From Neoconidiobolus thromboides FSU 785 (taxonomy: Eukaryota; Fungi; Entomophthoromycota): DNA of 64,000 nucleotides. The stretch is taken from the NCBI GenBank assembly GCA_025603075.1, contig MU626273.1, forward strand, positions 62,001-126,000. Reading direction: 5' to 3'. Shown piece by piece: positions 11,742 through 25,051 of this stretch. Below the pieces are notes generated by a model, which searched no databases, was not told the DNA's origin, and worked only from the letters and a program-made list of their open reading frames with translations. Made by a program: the position numbers and the translations under genes. Within the stretch, counting starts at the first letter, position 1. Each line of letters begins with the position of its first letter.

Positions 11742-12679
11742 TTTAAATTAAGAATATTTGATCAAGATTATCTTAATCAATGCATCTATAAGCCGATTCC
11801 TTCATTTTATTCGCTAAATCTCTACTCCAAACAACAGTAATTTTCGTTTCGGTTGATTGGATAAACAAATAACAAATCGTGAAGCTGAAAAAAAGTACAT
11901 TCTTTTGGTTATAGATAAAATTTTAATCATCTTAAGCTAAGTCGGTTTAATTTACGGTTTCACCTTATTAAATGAATTTATACAATAATCTTTAAAACCA
12001 TGTGAAAAAGGGTATGACAGTCTTAGAAAATTAAATGAAAGATAATTTTGAGCTTTTATCCTAACAAATTAACTCGACTTTCCTATTATATGAAAACTAT
12101 ACAAACTATAAATTGACTTTTTTGAATTATGTTTACTATTCTTGTAGATGATTTAATAATGTATTAAGAAATAAATTAATAGAGTTGAATTGGAGTTATT
12201 ACATTGGTGATGTAAATTATGAAATAGCTATTAAAATCAAAAATATAATATTTATTCTTATATAACAGAAAGTCCTTAGATATTAAAAGGTATATTATAG
12301 TAGCTTGAAATATAGATCATTAAGTTACAAAACTTCAACTTTCATTAATAATATCTATCGACAGTGGTGATCTATGTACACAAGTATCAAATATGTCATA
12401 TACAAAGACCCTTGTCGGAAAATAATAATACAGTATTAAATAAAATTAGCATAAATTGGGATTATATTGCGCAAATTTTCTCAAATAGAAGTAATATTAA
12501 TAAATTGAACAAAATATCAAGAAAATAAGATTGAATCAAATCAATAGTGCTAAATTTTAATTGGTTTAACCTTAAGTGGGGCAAATTCAAAGGAGAAAAT
12601 TAAGAATCTTAAGTTGTGGCTAAACAGGTTAATAATTTTTATTCATAAAAAGACATAAAAAGCTCAATTAAATTCTATA

Positions 12680-14762
12680 ATGTCAGATACCAATAAATTA
12701 CCTAATGCCGTTCCCGCAAACCGAAGGGACACAACATCACCAGATGATGAGAGAAACTTAGGCTTGTCACCACATTTAGAAGGTTTATCTTCCTCATTTA
12801 ACAACAGGTCAATCATTTCCAATCGTTCAGAAAGGCCCTCAAGCATTTCTCAACAAAGTGAAATCGCAGCTGACGATCCTACTTTACCAGACCATTTGCC
12901 AGAGGAACAAGCTGCTAAGGCAATCAAAAACTACCTAGTATCTACTGAAGAAGTCGCCTCAATCCATAGTTTACAAGATAACGAGCCTGAGAGCGAAATT
13001 TACTCTGCTTCTCACACGTTACAGGGAGGTTCAATCACGCGCGATATTTACAAATTTACTGAAAAGCAAGAAACAAGCACGCGTATGCGTCGCGCACTTT
13101 CTTTCCATGATATCTTTAGCCCAACCAACGAAGATGAAGAAAATGAAGACTTTCAGGTAGGTGATATCTTAAAACCCGGTGGTTTCAGAAGACATTTTGT
13201 GCTAAAGAAAGCTATCGATGAGGGTAGAGATCCTCCTAATTTTCTTACCAGGTCATTTATCGATTTCTTGGCTCTTTATGGTCACTTTGCTGGTGAAGAT
13301 TATCCGAGTGACGAGGACGACGATTCTGAGGAGGATGGTTTTATTAGCGCTGAGTCCGGATTAGCTTATTGTGGAGATACAGAGCAACTCAATACTTCCC
13401 GTCAAGCTTTGCCTGTGAACGAAAACACCCCACTCAATCCAAATGGTAAGATAAAAGTTTCAACCGTTGGTACAGCTTCTTCACAAAAATGTTTCTTTTT
13501 ATTAATGAAATCATTTGTTGGTACTGGTGTACTCTTTTTGCCACGTTCATTTTACAATGGTGGAATGATGTTTTCAACAATTACGCTGCTTGTGGTTGCA
13601 TATCTTGCATTGTATTGCATGTTGTTGTTGGTCGAGTGCCATCATTTAATTGGCGGGTCATTTGGTGATATCGGAAAAAAATTATATGGAAGATACGCTA
13701 GGTACGCTGTCATGGTTTCTATTATTTTATCACAGGTAAGTGATTTTTTCATTTAATTAGTATTTTAATTAATTTTTTAATTAGCTTGGCTTTTGCTGTG
13801 CATACACTATCTTTGTAGCAAAAAATTTAAAACAATTAATTACAACAGTATCTAATTGTGAGATTGATTTACCAGAGTCAGCTTATATCTTTGGGCAACT
13901 GATTGTATATATCCCAATGGCTATGGTACGTAAAATCAAATATTTCTCAATGGCTGCACTTATTGCAGATGTTTTTATATTAGCTGGTCTTGGCTACATT
14001 TATTACTTTGATATCAATAAGATTTTGACTGAAGGAATAGCCCCAATTCAAAATTTCAACTCTGATAGCTTTGCACTCATGATCGGTACTGCTATTTTTA
14101 CCTTCGAAGGTATTGGTTTGGTACTCCCGATTGCGGAATCCAGTAAAGAACCTCGTAAGTTCCCGATGGTCTTAAGTTGGACTGTAGCTATCTCTGCATT
14201 TATATTTACCTCTGTAGCTATGTTATGCTACGCCACCTTTGGTGATAAAGTTGATGCAGTTGTTTTATTAAACTTGCCCAGAGAAAATCGCATGGTGCAA
14301 GGTGTTCAATTATTATACTCTTTAGCCATTACCTTCTCAGTACCTTTACAGTTATTCCCAGCACTACGTATTCTAGAATCTGGTTTATTCTCTCGCTCTT
14401 CGGGTAAAACCACACCTTTAGTAAAATGGCAAAAAAATCTTTTCCGTACAGGTTTAGCTATTTTCTTTGCTGTGGTAGCTTTCTTAGGATCCGCTTCTTT
14501 GGACAACTTTGTATCTCTTATTGGTGCTTTTGCCTGCGTACCTCTTTGTTTTATTTATCCCGCTTTTTTCCACTATCAAGCTATCTCTCAGGCAGATCCT
14601 GCTCGCATTGCTGCATCACCAGTGCCCATCTCTGCTGGTCCGTTTCAAAAAATTAAAGATTTGATGTTGGCTGCGTTTGGTATTATCATGATGTTTTATG
14701 TCACTTATATTACGATCACTACTTGGTCTAGCCCTGAAACACCAGTCAATTTATGTGCCTAA
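12680..14762 (+). CDS. Vacuolar amino acid transporter, AVT3/AVT4-like (Aa_trans), one intron
   Basis: GGSITRDIYK, PGGFRRHF, LYGHFAGED, LLMKSFVGTGVLFLP and GTAIFTFEGIGL motifs. Intron 13736..13784 resumes as LGFCCAY. Confidence 0.92.
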
Positions 14763-14942
14763 GAGTATTAAGTATTTTTTGCGTTTTATAATAAAATAAT
14801 TTCTTGTATTAAAGTTTAAAATTATCATATGGAGCTGTATAATTTGTATGATATTATTATAAAATTTGGCTCATTTATTAATACTTAAATGCAGTTTAAC
14901 TCATAGCTGGTTAGTCCGTTATTTAATTTAATTCTAGCAATT

Positions 14943-16737
14943 TTATTTCTTCTTATTTGACCTAGTCTGTCTTTCTTTTACAACTTCTTTTTGTTTTGAT
15001 ACATTATTTATAACTAAATTATCTTTTAAATTATTCAAGCTTCCCTTTTTTTTGACCGTATCATTGTTTAAAACTTCTGGATTATTAATTATTTTATTTA
15101 AATATTTATTGGAATTAATTTTAGTATAATATTCACTTAATTTATCATTGATACTTTCTTGAGCATTTACTCCAATAGGCTGATCATTTATAAGTTGACT
15201 ATTATTGTTTATATTTGTATCACTATTGCGTTGACATTTAGGATTCATTTGAGTGATATAAGGTTTAGAAATATTATGATTTTTGCTTGCATTATTGGAT
15301 GATAAGTTTTTTCTTATTTTGTGCTCGATAAGTTTGCCATTTTCAATTCCTTTAATTTGCTCTTGATTAGGACTATATGCCTTAATTTGCTTTACATCTT
15401 TTCTTGGTACAATTTTCGTAAACTTGCTTTTAACACCGTTCTCTAAAACACTATTATCCATCTCGGAATTACTATTCCCAAGCTCTAAGTTCTCTTCGTC
15501 TAAAACCTTCCGCCCTAAGGCTTGAAAGTTCAAAGCTGCCCTTTGCAAAAGCTGCTTTTCCAATACTGAGCTCTTTTTCTTTGGCAATATTTTTTTAAAT
15601 TTTCTTTGATCTCCAGTCCTCTTACTATTGATGTTCTCCTGTAATACAATCTCGTCTTTATAATCCCTTTGGTCCCTTTCAAACTCAGTTACTAAATAGA
15701 CGCATCTTTTACAATACAGTTGATGCGGCGGCTCTACTGGCACTTCATAATTTAAATTTACATTTGGGTGCAAACTTTCATTCCATCCTGGTATATCTCC
15801 ACTCCTCAATAGACAAGAGTAATGTAGCCAACATAAGCACCAATCGCATTGGACCAATGGGGTGTTACCCATCTCATTATTATCTCTACAATAACATGAA
15901 ATATTATCCTTCCCCACTTTTTTTACCCCACTTATTTGCATCATCTTTTGAATTGTTTCCTAGTTATTAAAAAAATAAACTTGTTTTACTTAATTATTTT
16001 CAGTTTAAAACTTACTTTATTCCTAATCTTACACTCATTATCTCTGTGTACATTAAATACTGTTTTATTAAAATATTCTTTGTCACATCCTAAACATTTA
16101 AATATTTTTTTATCTTCTGAACCTGCTATTTCTATAATTATAGCATTTTAAATAAAGTGCAATTAAATACAATAACTAGTGATTTACTTGTATGTTTTAG
16201 CTTCTAAAAAGGCAAATTAATGTCTACTTCTAAATTCATGATAAGTCAATCTTACCTTTTTTTTATCATTTTTATACAAATCATAATTTTCCATCGCCAA
16301 TTCATTAAACTTTATTATCTCCTCTTCTTTATCTCCCTCTTCATTTTGGTTTTTTCTATCTCCTATTTCTACTTTTTCTGTTAACCTTTTTATTAAAATT
16401 TCCCTTTTCTTCCTCTCCTTTAATACCCTATTTTCAATTCAATTAACATTTAATCCTCGAGAATTTCAAGTACCATTTACCTTTCTTTCCTAGAAATAAG
16501 CTCTGACTCATCCGTGACCCCAGGTCTAAAATCTACATAATGTTTATTTTCCATTAATATCTTAATACTTGGGGATGGTAAGTTTTTAGCATGTGCATGT
16601 ACCCTAGCTTTGGCTAAAGCAAGTGCATATTTGAACGGCTGTTTCTTACTTGTTTTGATATTACTTAAATCCTCTTTAGATTTGATAGGGGATTTGTTGA
16701 TCGATTCAAGGGGTTGTTTCCGCCTGATGCTATCCAT
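14943..16737 (-). CDS. PHD-finger protein, probably multi-exon
   Basis: CYC...LVQCDWCLCWLHYSC...LYCKRC PHD pattern in ORF 14943..15944. Upstream exons up to ATG 16737 are joined only tentatively. Confidence 0.65.
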
Positions 16738-16977
16738 ATGAGCTATAGAGGTTAAAAATAAAAGCTGGATTGGAGAGGAATTAGACTTTTAGTTCAATGA
16801 ATAGATGTGTTTCTACGAGCCAATTAAATTTAGCTAAAGAGAAGCATTTATGGCATATTAAAAACATGAATTGTCATCATGATAAGTCGAATGAAGTAAT
16901 AAGTAAATTATGTTAAAATAGTGGATAGAATAATCTGTAATAATTTATGTATTTATAATAATATAGTATAAATTTAA

Positions 16978-19900
16978 TTAAGCAAGATAAATCAATATAT
17001 CCATAGCATCTGGATCTCTTTCCAAAAAGTCTCTTTCAATTAAATTTTCAATTCTTAAACGAATCATTGCTGGTTCCACTGGAAACTGTAAACCCTTAAG
17101 TGTTTCACTCATTAAGTCGACATGCATCATTTTCTTTTTACTTTTCATCAATCGAACAATAATAGCATCAATCTAAATAAATGACATTGATTATAAATAC
17201 TATGTCTAAAAATTAAACTAAATGGGGATGTATTTTTGTATTCAAGAGTTTCACTAACAATTTTTCCACTTAAATAGCGCTTAAAAGATGGAAAAAGTAA
17301 TGAAGTCAAAAAAACACTCCCAAATTATATAGGGCTTACCAAAAACTGTCTATTGTGGATCACCATATCTTGGATTCGATTATCACCACGAACCTAAGTT
17401 AAAATTAGTTATAAATATCTCCGACTAACACAAATAATCTTACAGTATCTTTTAATTGTAGAGCATTGACTTTGATACGCTGAGCTGGTGACTCAAAATC
17501 TTCATTAAAAGTATAAACATCACGGTCAGAAAATACATGTCTCTATGATGAAAATATTAAATATTTAAAAACAAAATTAATATTTAAACAGTGCATTTAC
17601 GTCTGGTGATTTAAAAAGCAACTGTATTCTGTTGGATGATAATGAGGCCAATATAAGTTTAAGCTGATCGTTTTCTAATAAATGCTTTAAGTGTAAAATG
17701 AATATTTTTTTCAATTGAAATTACCAATTTCAGTCATCTCTCTAATCTCTTTCATAGTAAATCCTTTAGAGTGTTTTTGATTAAACAACAAAAGAACAAG
17801 TGCTTGAAATAAGGACACCGTCAGTTCTTTTCTACCCTATCAAAAAAGTTATTTAATTTCCTGTTTTCAAAGCTAAAATAGAGCTTTACCTTTATGAAAT
17901 TCCCAACCAAAACCGCTTTAGATAGTGAGTGCTGCCAAAATAATCGACGTACTGAATGTTGCTCATTATAATACGTTGTAAAATGCTGTAGAGCTGCCTC
18001 CATCTATTATGTCAATTTAGATTTTTAACTTATTTTCATTATATCTACTAATAATACTACCTTTGGTGGTAATTTGGCTGGAGAAGGAGAATAGGTTGGC
18101 CAATTAGCCTGTGTAAGTACATTTATTGAGATATCAAATTCGTAAGGTAAATCTGGGTATTTTTCCTAATGATATAAAAGAATTTCAAAATAACGTCAAT
18201 AAAATTAATTACCTTATACAGTTTTGTCATATCATCCGATACTTCAATATCTTTAAACATGCCATCCAATTTTTCTGTATATTCAGATCCAATTTCTATT
18301 GTTATTAAATATTAGCCATATTATCAAATATACATAAAATATTCCTTATTTACCTCCTTTTAATTTAGTAATCATAAACCTCTCAGTATCATATGAAGCA
18401 GAGCGATTTAATAACAACCTCTTTGCTAAAGATTGCTTATAAAACGCTTCAAAGATATCTTTACCTAAAATATACAATCAGTATTACTTACTTTACATTA
18501 TCAAATCAAATCTACCTTGAATAAATTTAAATAACGAAAACAACTTATCCAGCTTTTGGTCCACTTGCTCGTCCGTGAGTTTAAGATTTCCAGATTTTAA
18601 TACTGAATCTAATGCTTTAGCCAATAATTTAGCTGGTGCTGAGCCACGAGTAGCCATGAAATCTTCGAATGCTCTAACTAAAGAGCGATGAAACTCAATT
18701 GGGTTTTGGAAATCTTGGTTGACAATAACAACCATCTTCTCACGGTATTGCAGAATGTCTTCAATCATCTCTTTATCTTTTTCTGGATTGGATATAGTTT
18801 TAGTACCCACTTCCTACATATATTTTATATTGAGTAAACGGATTCCTATTTAATTTAATATTGTAAATTACCAACACGACCTCGAAAAAAGCTTTATTAA
18901 GTTGATCCAATACATTTGCTTCTTTAAAAACTCGAAACAGCATGGCTAACACTGGATGATTACCATCAAGCAAAGCTCTACTAAAATCCTCATCTAAATA
19001 TTTCTTCGTAGAATCCACAATCATGTATTTATGGATTACATTTAATACTGGATTCAAACTATTTTTAGATAAATAGTTACGAGCCCTTTCAGTTTCTCTC
19101 CTCAGTTTTCGTTCAACTAAATTCAAATTATTCTCCAAATTCAAAGGCTTGATCTCATTCTCACTTAATGCTTTATAATATTCTTCTGCTTGGTTGACTA
19201 CCATTTGTTCGAATTTTTGATCGTATTTACCAATATCATGTAGCATTTTCACCAAGTTTTTAATTAAGGCACCATCTACTTCCTCTCCCTGTCTACAGAA
19301 AATAAGTCTTTTGCTCATATTTTATCAAGTTTACCTTACCTTTCTTTCTGTAATAAATCCAAAATAATAAAAATGGTGTTCTTTGCAATATCTTCTTGGG
19401 TTGCTATCCTATCCTTGAATATATTTAACCCCATATCCCTTAAAAATTAATAAGTTTTCTACTTCAAATATACAATATCTACCAAACAGAAGGAACCCCA
19501 GGAGTAGGTAAAGCATAATATTGGTCTAAGAATATAAAAATAGAACGTATTTCTTGCTATTTTATATTTTAAAAAAATGAGAATCAAATTTTGAAGCACT
19601 ATTATGTCTTACCATTTTATTAATGTAGTCTTCCCAAATAGTTTGAGCTAATACAACATGTCCCAACTTATCATTATTCTGGCTTTTAAAAAATGATGAG
19701 TACATCTCTTGATTTTATAATCATGTAAATACCTTTTCAAAAACTCAAATTTACTATCAACTCTCTGTTCTAATAAACTTTTTAAATTTTTATGAATATA
19801 ACTGGCGTGCCCTTGACGACATAAAACTTCGCAACACTAAATTTAAGTTAAATCTTAGCTTCACATTATGATATTTACTTTATAAAGCTCTTGCGCTCTC

Positions 19901-20184
19901 AATTTATGTTCACTATTATCAAACGCATCAATGATTGAAGTTTCAAGCTTTTTCCAGTTAGTTTCTTTGAAGTCTGCGGGTAAAGAAGGCAGCTCTAAGC
20001 AATTTCAAAGAAAATTTAGAATGTTACTTTTAATTAACATCAAGCAATTAATACCTTTAAAGTTTTTAATCATTAATCTCTTTGGCTTATAATTATGGGT
20101 TGAAGATAAATCCTGTAGAGTACTATTTCCATCTTGACCTTCGATGCAGCTTTTAAAATGCTCCATAAAGCTTTGTTTCATCAT
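16978..20184 (-). CDS. CUL4: Cullin, most like cullin-4, many introns
   Basis: N-terminal [10 protein letters not shown]; [16 protein letters not shown]; C-terminal neddylation domain [19 protein letters not shown]...[14 protein letters not shown]...YLA. Stop at 16978..16980. Confidence 0.85.
17224..17321 (+). mobile_element. MITE family 1 copy 7 inside the CUL4 last intron (TSD AAAT/AAAT)
   Basis: Full copy within intron 17173..17339, antisense to the gene. Confidence 0.93.
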
Positions 20185-21048
20185 TGAAAAAGTCAAATTT
20201 TTTAATTAGCTTTCAAGTTTTACTAAAAAGGAGAGTAAACTGCGATTTGTTAAACCCTTTTTGTCAAATCATCATTGTCATATTGACTATGATGTTGATT
20301 TTGATAAATTTAATGCAGATAGTAGAGTAAGCTATTTTTTCTAAAAGTTATCAAAATTTATTTTAATGAAATGCTGTGAAATGAAGTTTAAAATATTCTT
20401 AATCTACTATTAAGGCTGTGGAAAAGGCTTTTAATTTTAGTGCTCTATTTGAAAAGCAGCGATTATTTATATTAAAAAATTATTTTAAATTCAATATGGG
20501 AATATCTTTTTTCATTTTTTTCATTTTTTTCATTTTTATCTAATGTAAAATTTAAAAATATCATTATCTAAATGTTGAAAAAAAGAGTTCACCTTTTAAT
20601 TTTTGTGAAATCAGAGTTACATTGGCTATAGCGCTTATCTTGACAACTTGTCAATAAATTCCATTACATTGGATTTTTTTTACTATTGAGCATTCAGAAT
20701 ATTTAGTTTAATGACCTATGCTTTAATATTGAAGAATTTTGAAGAATTATTAATAAAATCATGTTTTAAGCAAGATAATATTTATAATAAAGAAAATAAT
20801 TTATCCAAACATAAGTTTATTTATTATATCAGGCCAAGAAGCTTTATATTATATCTAAGGAATTGTTTGATTTTTATTCTCTTTCCTAAACCTTGGAACA
20901 TCAAATTCTAAACGTTTTAAGTTAACATCTATCATTATTCTACTTTTAGCTTCATTCATCTTGGTGCTCTGCTGAAATAAGTAATGATGGAACAGCGAAT
21001 TGATAATCAGTTTTTATAGTTAAGAATTCCAGTTTTAAATTTATAAAT

Positions 21049-21147
21049 GGGAGTGTTTTTTTTAACTTCATTATTTTTTCCATTTTTTAAGCGCTATTTA
21101 AGCGGAAAATTTGTTAGTAAAATTCTTAGACACAAAAATACATCCCC
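21049..21147 (-). mobile_element. MITE family 1 copy 8 (TSD AAAT/AAAT)
   Basis: Full reverse copy. Confidence 0.93.
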
Positions 21148-21335
21148 AAATAATAAAAGTATTTTAGCTTTATTAACTTTATATTTACTATCTACCATTT
21201 TAAATTTTATAGTAGCAGAAAATTAAAAAGGTTAAAATCATCGTATTTGCAATCGAATATTTTATTTTAAATGGAGTATACAGTTATCAAAAGAAAGATA
21301 AATTTAAAAGACTGGAAGCTAAATGGTAGACTTGA

Positions 21336-22229
21336 CTAAACACTAAACTGCCCCCTTTTTAATTTTTTAAAAGCTAACTCAGCTTCTTTGTATAATAGAC
21401 TATTAGATAAAAAAATTGAAGCATTAAAAAAACCTTGAAAACCTTTAAAAAAAGTAGCTGTAATATTTAAGGAATAGTCTGCCTCGGGCTCTAATACAAC
21501 CCCTCTTGATATTAAAATCAATTTAACCATTATTAAAGTATAACATATAATTGGCGTCAATGGATACATTAATAATTTTATAATTGTTTGTGTTTTAATT
21601 TCAAGCTTATCTGTTTCCATTCCTTGATACGAAGATCGAAATATTGATCTTTGGATAATTAAATAAAAAGTGACTGAAAGGAATACCATAGTACAGAATA
21701 CAATTGTAATCATTATCCAAATGTAATTAGTTGCGTATGCCCAATTTAATCCTTCAGGTTCTTCTTCTCTAAACCAACATGAGGCAGTTCTAAATGAAAT
21801 TTGCTTGAATGCTAATGGCAGTATACTTACAATAAGCGATATCAAAAAAGGGACTATATATAAAGCTAGTTTCATATATTGACCACAATAAATTTTGAAA
21901 ATGATGGTTAATACCAAATTTAAAGCAACAGATACTGTATACAATAATGAAATTAGGGTAGCAAATAAAAATCCTGCTGTAGCTATATGACACATAAAAT
22001 CTGATGTAGAATGAACTGCCATAATTTGAAATATGCTGAATAATAGGTCGCCTATCAATATAAAGATAGATAATCGAAAAGAGATGGATTTATTCAATTT
22101 TTTGTTTACTACTCTTAATGTGAGCGCAAGTAATAACGCAATGGTACAAAAAATAGTAGATACACCATTAGAAAAATGGTTTACAATTTTACTTCGGTGC
22201 TCATACAATAAAAAGGCTGAAGTGCTCAT
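21336..22229 (-). CDS. 7-TM GPCR of the cAMP-receptor-like / Git3-related class
   Basis: 297-aa intronless ORF with about seven hydrophobic segments. SISFRL..I.IGDL, TM3 Cys (FMCHI), ECL2 SCW and YPL motif; FQGFFNA in TM7. Confidence 0.8.
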   Translation of the reverse strand: MSTSAFLLYEHRSKIVNHFSNGVSTIFCTIALLLALTLRVVNKKLNKSISFRLSIFILIGDLLFSIFQIMAVHSTSDFMCHIATAGFLFATLISLLYTVSVALNLVLTIIFKIYCGQYMKLALYIVPFLISLIVSILPLAFKQISFRTASCWFREEEPEGLNWAYATNYIWIMITIVFCTMVFLSVTFYLIIQRSIFRSSYQGMETDKLEIKTQTIIKLLMYPLTPIICYTLIMVKLILISRGVVLEPEADYSLNITATFFKGFQGFFNASIFLSNSLLYKEAELAFKKLKRGQFSV

Positions 22230-24361
22230 TTGACAAGTAAAACAGTATTGTAGTGGTTAATAGTAAAAATAAATAATAAGCTCTACTTTATATTGAATAT
22301 GTTCTATTTATACCCTTTTTACATAGTTCTAGTAAAATCCGGTTCTTTATTCAATAAGTTCATTAATTAAAAGCGGGCTAAATAACCTTATATTTTATTC
22401 TATAACAACTGTATTTATCAAATCGAAATTCATCTTGTTACTATTAAGTATTCATCTCATAAAATTAAATTTTAAATTCTTTTAAATACTGTAACATTGA
22501 CATATTTCGTGACCATGGAAGGGATTATTTTTGGATAAAAAATATAATAGTAGATATTATAATTATTTAAATACAAGATAGACGATTCAGTATTATATGA
22601 CAAAAAAATTAGGATCAAATTAAATAGGGGATTAATAATTAATCACGAATAACAATAGAAACTTATAATCAAAATTTAAAAACTCATTTTATTGATGAAC
22701 AGTTAGTTCTATTTTATATATATTTCAAGTTCTATATTTTTGACATCTTTTCTGGATATGCTTTTATGAGAAATAGAAACAGCTTTGATCAAAATCAAAA
22801 TACTGACTGCACAAGCTTATGTAAAAATGTCTACTCTTTTTGCTTTTACAATAGCAAAAAATTGGAGAAACTTACAAAAAGTTGGACTGCTTCTAGTTTG
22901 ATTTTAAATCAACCAATAAAATCAAAGGATTTTTAAAACTGTCAGTTCGATTTCAAACTAGCTTAAATTTTCTACAAAAATTGGACTATTTTTCAACTCC
23001 AACTTTAAGCTAAAGCTTAACTTAATTTTTGATAAAAATTTGACCTAATATCCAAAAGAAATAAAGGAATGTTAAGTTTCAATTAAGTTTTTACTTTAAG
23101 TTTTTTAATACTTGTTTATACAGATTGTTTTTCATACAATGTTGCTTTAATGTTTTTTGTACCTTAAATTTTTAGTAAAAATAAGCTTGGCTTAGAATTG
23201 AGTTTTGGAAGCAGTCCATTTTTTTTTGAATTTGTTTTTTTTTTTGCTATTCATTATGTTGAAATTTATAATGGTAAACTAAAGATCATTTATAAATGCA
23301 ATAAGTACATTTAACTTCAATTTGACCCTAAATACTTCTTTAAAGCACCTTATTTGAAACTCTAGTAAAGCCTTGAATGAATTGCACTCAGGGATATTGT
23401 CACAAAGTCAGCTAGTCCACCACGAAGCTCAATTTTTTAGAACTGTAATGGTGTTTATTGGCTATTTATTATAAGTAAAAAAATAAATCATATCAAGAGT
23501 AATGAATAACAAGTAATGAATAACCCAAGCGATGAAATATAAACCAAATAAGCAATAATATCACAATTTTTGAGTTATAAATCTTTACCAGTAAAATCTG
23601 TCCAAATAATTTAGATAAAAGCACTATTAAATCGTTAAATCTAAAAAATCAACTTAAGTTAATTTTATTTTTTAATGTAATTCTAATAAAATAATAAAAC
23701 TAATAATATCAAATGTTTTTGCTTAAATTAAAGCTTATAAATTAAAGCTTATAAATTAAAGGTGTAAAAGTAACGTTTTTGCTACTAAGATACCATAAAG
23801 CTAAAAACTGAACTAACTCTAACTGGTGCTTAAGCTTCTCCAATATCATTGTCATTGTAAAGGTTTTGGTAAACATACTCATACGCATAAATTCTTTTTA
23901 CTGTAAAAAGTATCTTTAATATCAAAAAACCAACTAAATTTAAAAGCATTACTTTTAAAAGCATTTCTGTTTTAGTTTAGTTAAGCATACAAAATTTTGT
24001 TTAAAATTCTGTTATTTTCAATTGCAGGAGTTTTCAAAGGTTGCTTCAATTGAAATTCAAATCAACTCTCAATTCAAATTTGAATTTTGTATAGGGACGT
24101 TCGAGTTGGTCTTATCTTTTATCAAATTAAGTATAAAATTTTAAACAAGTTACATAATAAATTGACATCGAAATAAAGCCTGATTTTAAATATTTGTATA
24201 AAACTTTGGTCTGGACTTTCTAAAAATAAACTCCTTGTTAAAAAATAAATGCACATAACAATTTTAAAAAATTATAATAAAAATCTAACGTGCAATAATA
24301 TGTAAGTTAGTACTGATAGTTACTGTAAGTAATTCTGTAAAATATAATCTAAATAGTATAT

Positions 24362-24459
24362 GGGGGTATATTTTTGTGTTTAACAATTTATTAATAATTT
24401 TTCCGCTCAAATAGGGCTTAAAAGATAGAAAGAGTGATGAAACCAAAAAAAACATCCCC
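24362..24459 (+). mobile_element. MITE family 1 copy 9 (TSD ATAT/ATAT)
   Basis: Full copy. Confidence 0.92.
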
Positions 24460-24564
24460 ATATTGTAAAAATTTTAATTAATAGAACTTTATTAATAAAG
24501 AATCTATAAAGAATTTTTTTTAGTTTTTGATTTAATTTTGAAATAATCTTAATAAAGAAGACAT

Positions 24565-24663
24565 GAAGATGTATTTTTGTATTTAAGAGTTTTACTAACA
24601 ATTTTCCACTCAAATAGCGCTTAAAAGGTGGAAAAAGTAATGAAGCCAAAAAAAACATCTCCC
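24565..24663 (+). mobile_element. MITE family 1 copy 10 (flanks ACAT/ATAT), first of tandem trio
   Basis: Full copy sharing its right ATAT with copy 11. Confidence 0.9.
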
Positions 24664-24667
24664 ATAT

Positions 24668-24764
24668 GGGGATGTGTTTTTTTGTTCAAGAATTTTACTA
24701 CAATCTTTCCACTCAAATAGTGCTTAAAAAATGGAAAAATAATGAAACCAAAAAAAACAGCCCC
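24668..24764 (+). mobile_element. MITE family 1 copy 11 (TSD ATAT/ATAT), middle of tandem trio
   Basis: Junctions CTCCC-ATAT-GGGG and CCCC-ATAT-GGTG. Confidence 0.92.
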
Positions 24765-24768
24765 ATAT

Positions 24769-24864
24769 GGTGATCTTTTGGTTTCATTACTTTTTTCCAT
24801 TTTTTAAGCACTATTTGAGTGAAAAGGTTGCTAATGAAATTCTTAAATACAAAAGTACATCTCC
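24769..24864 (-). mobile_element. MITE family 1 copy 12 (TSD ATAT/ATAT), third of tandem trio
   Basis: Reverse copy abutting copy 11. Confidence 0.9.
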
Positions 24865-24953
24865 ATATATATATGTATATAAATAAATACACGTTTTTAT
24901 AAAACTTTATTAAAAAACATTTATTGTCAACTATCTTATAACTAATATTATAT

Positions 24954-25051
24954 GAGGGTGTTTTTTTGGCTTCATTGTTTTTTCCATCTTTTAAGCGCTA
25001 TTTAAGTGGAAAAATTGTTAGTGAAACTCTTAAATACAAAAATACATCCCC
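24954..25051 (-). mobile_element. MITE family 1 copy 13 (flanks ATAT/ATTG, TSD not conserved)
   Basis: Full reverse copy, very similar to copy 7 (shared GTGAAACTCTT variant). Confidence 0.9.

Noticed and set aside
24071-24086. Perfect 16-bp palindrome AATTCAAATTTGAATT
   Set aside because: Single occurrence, plausible by chance at this AT content.
24407-24658. 83-aa ORF, and similar ORFs at 40670..40906 and 46038..46241
   Set aside because: They are chance frames running through MITE copies.
24362-25051. CRISPR-like repeat-spacer array
   Set aside because: Repeats are about 98 bp, in mixed orientation, with TIRs and TSDs; spacers are 4-105 bp; no cas genes; eukaryotic context.
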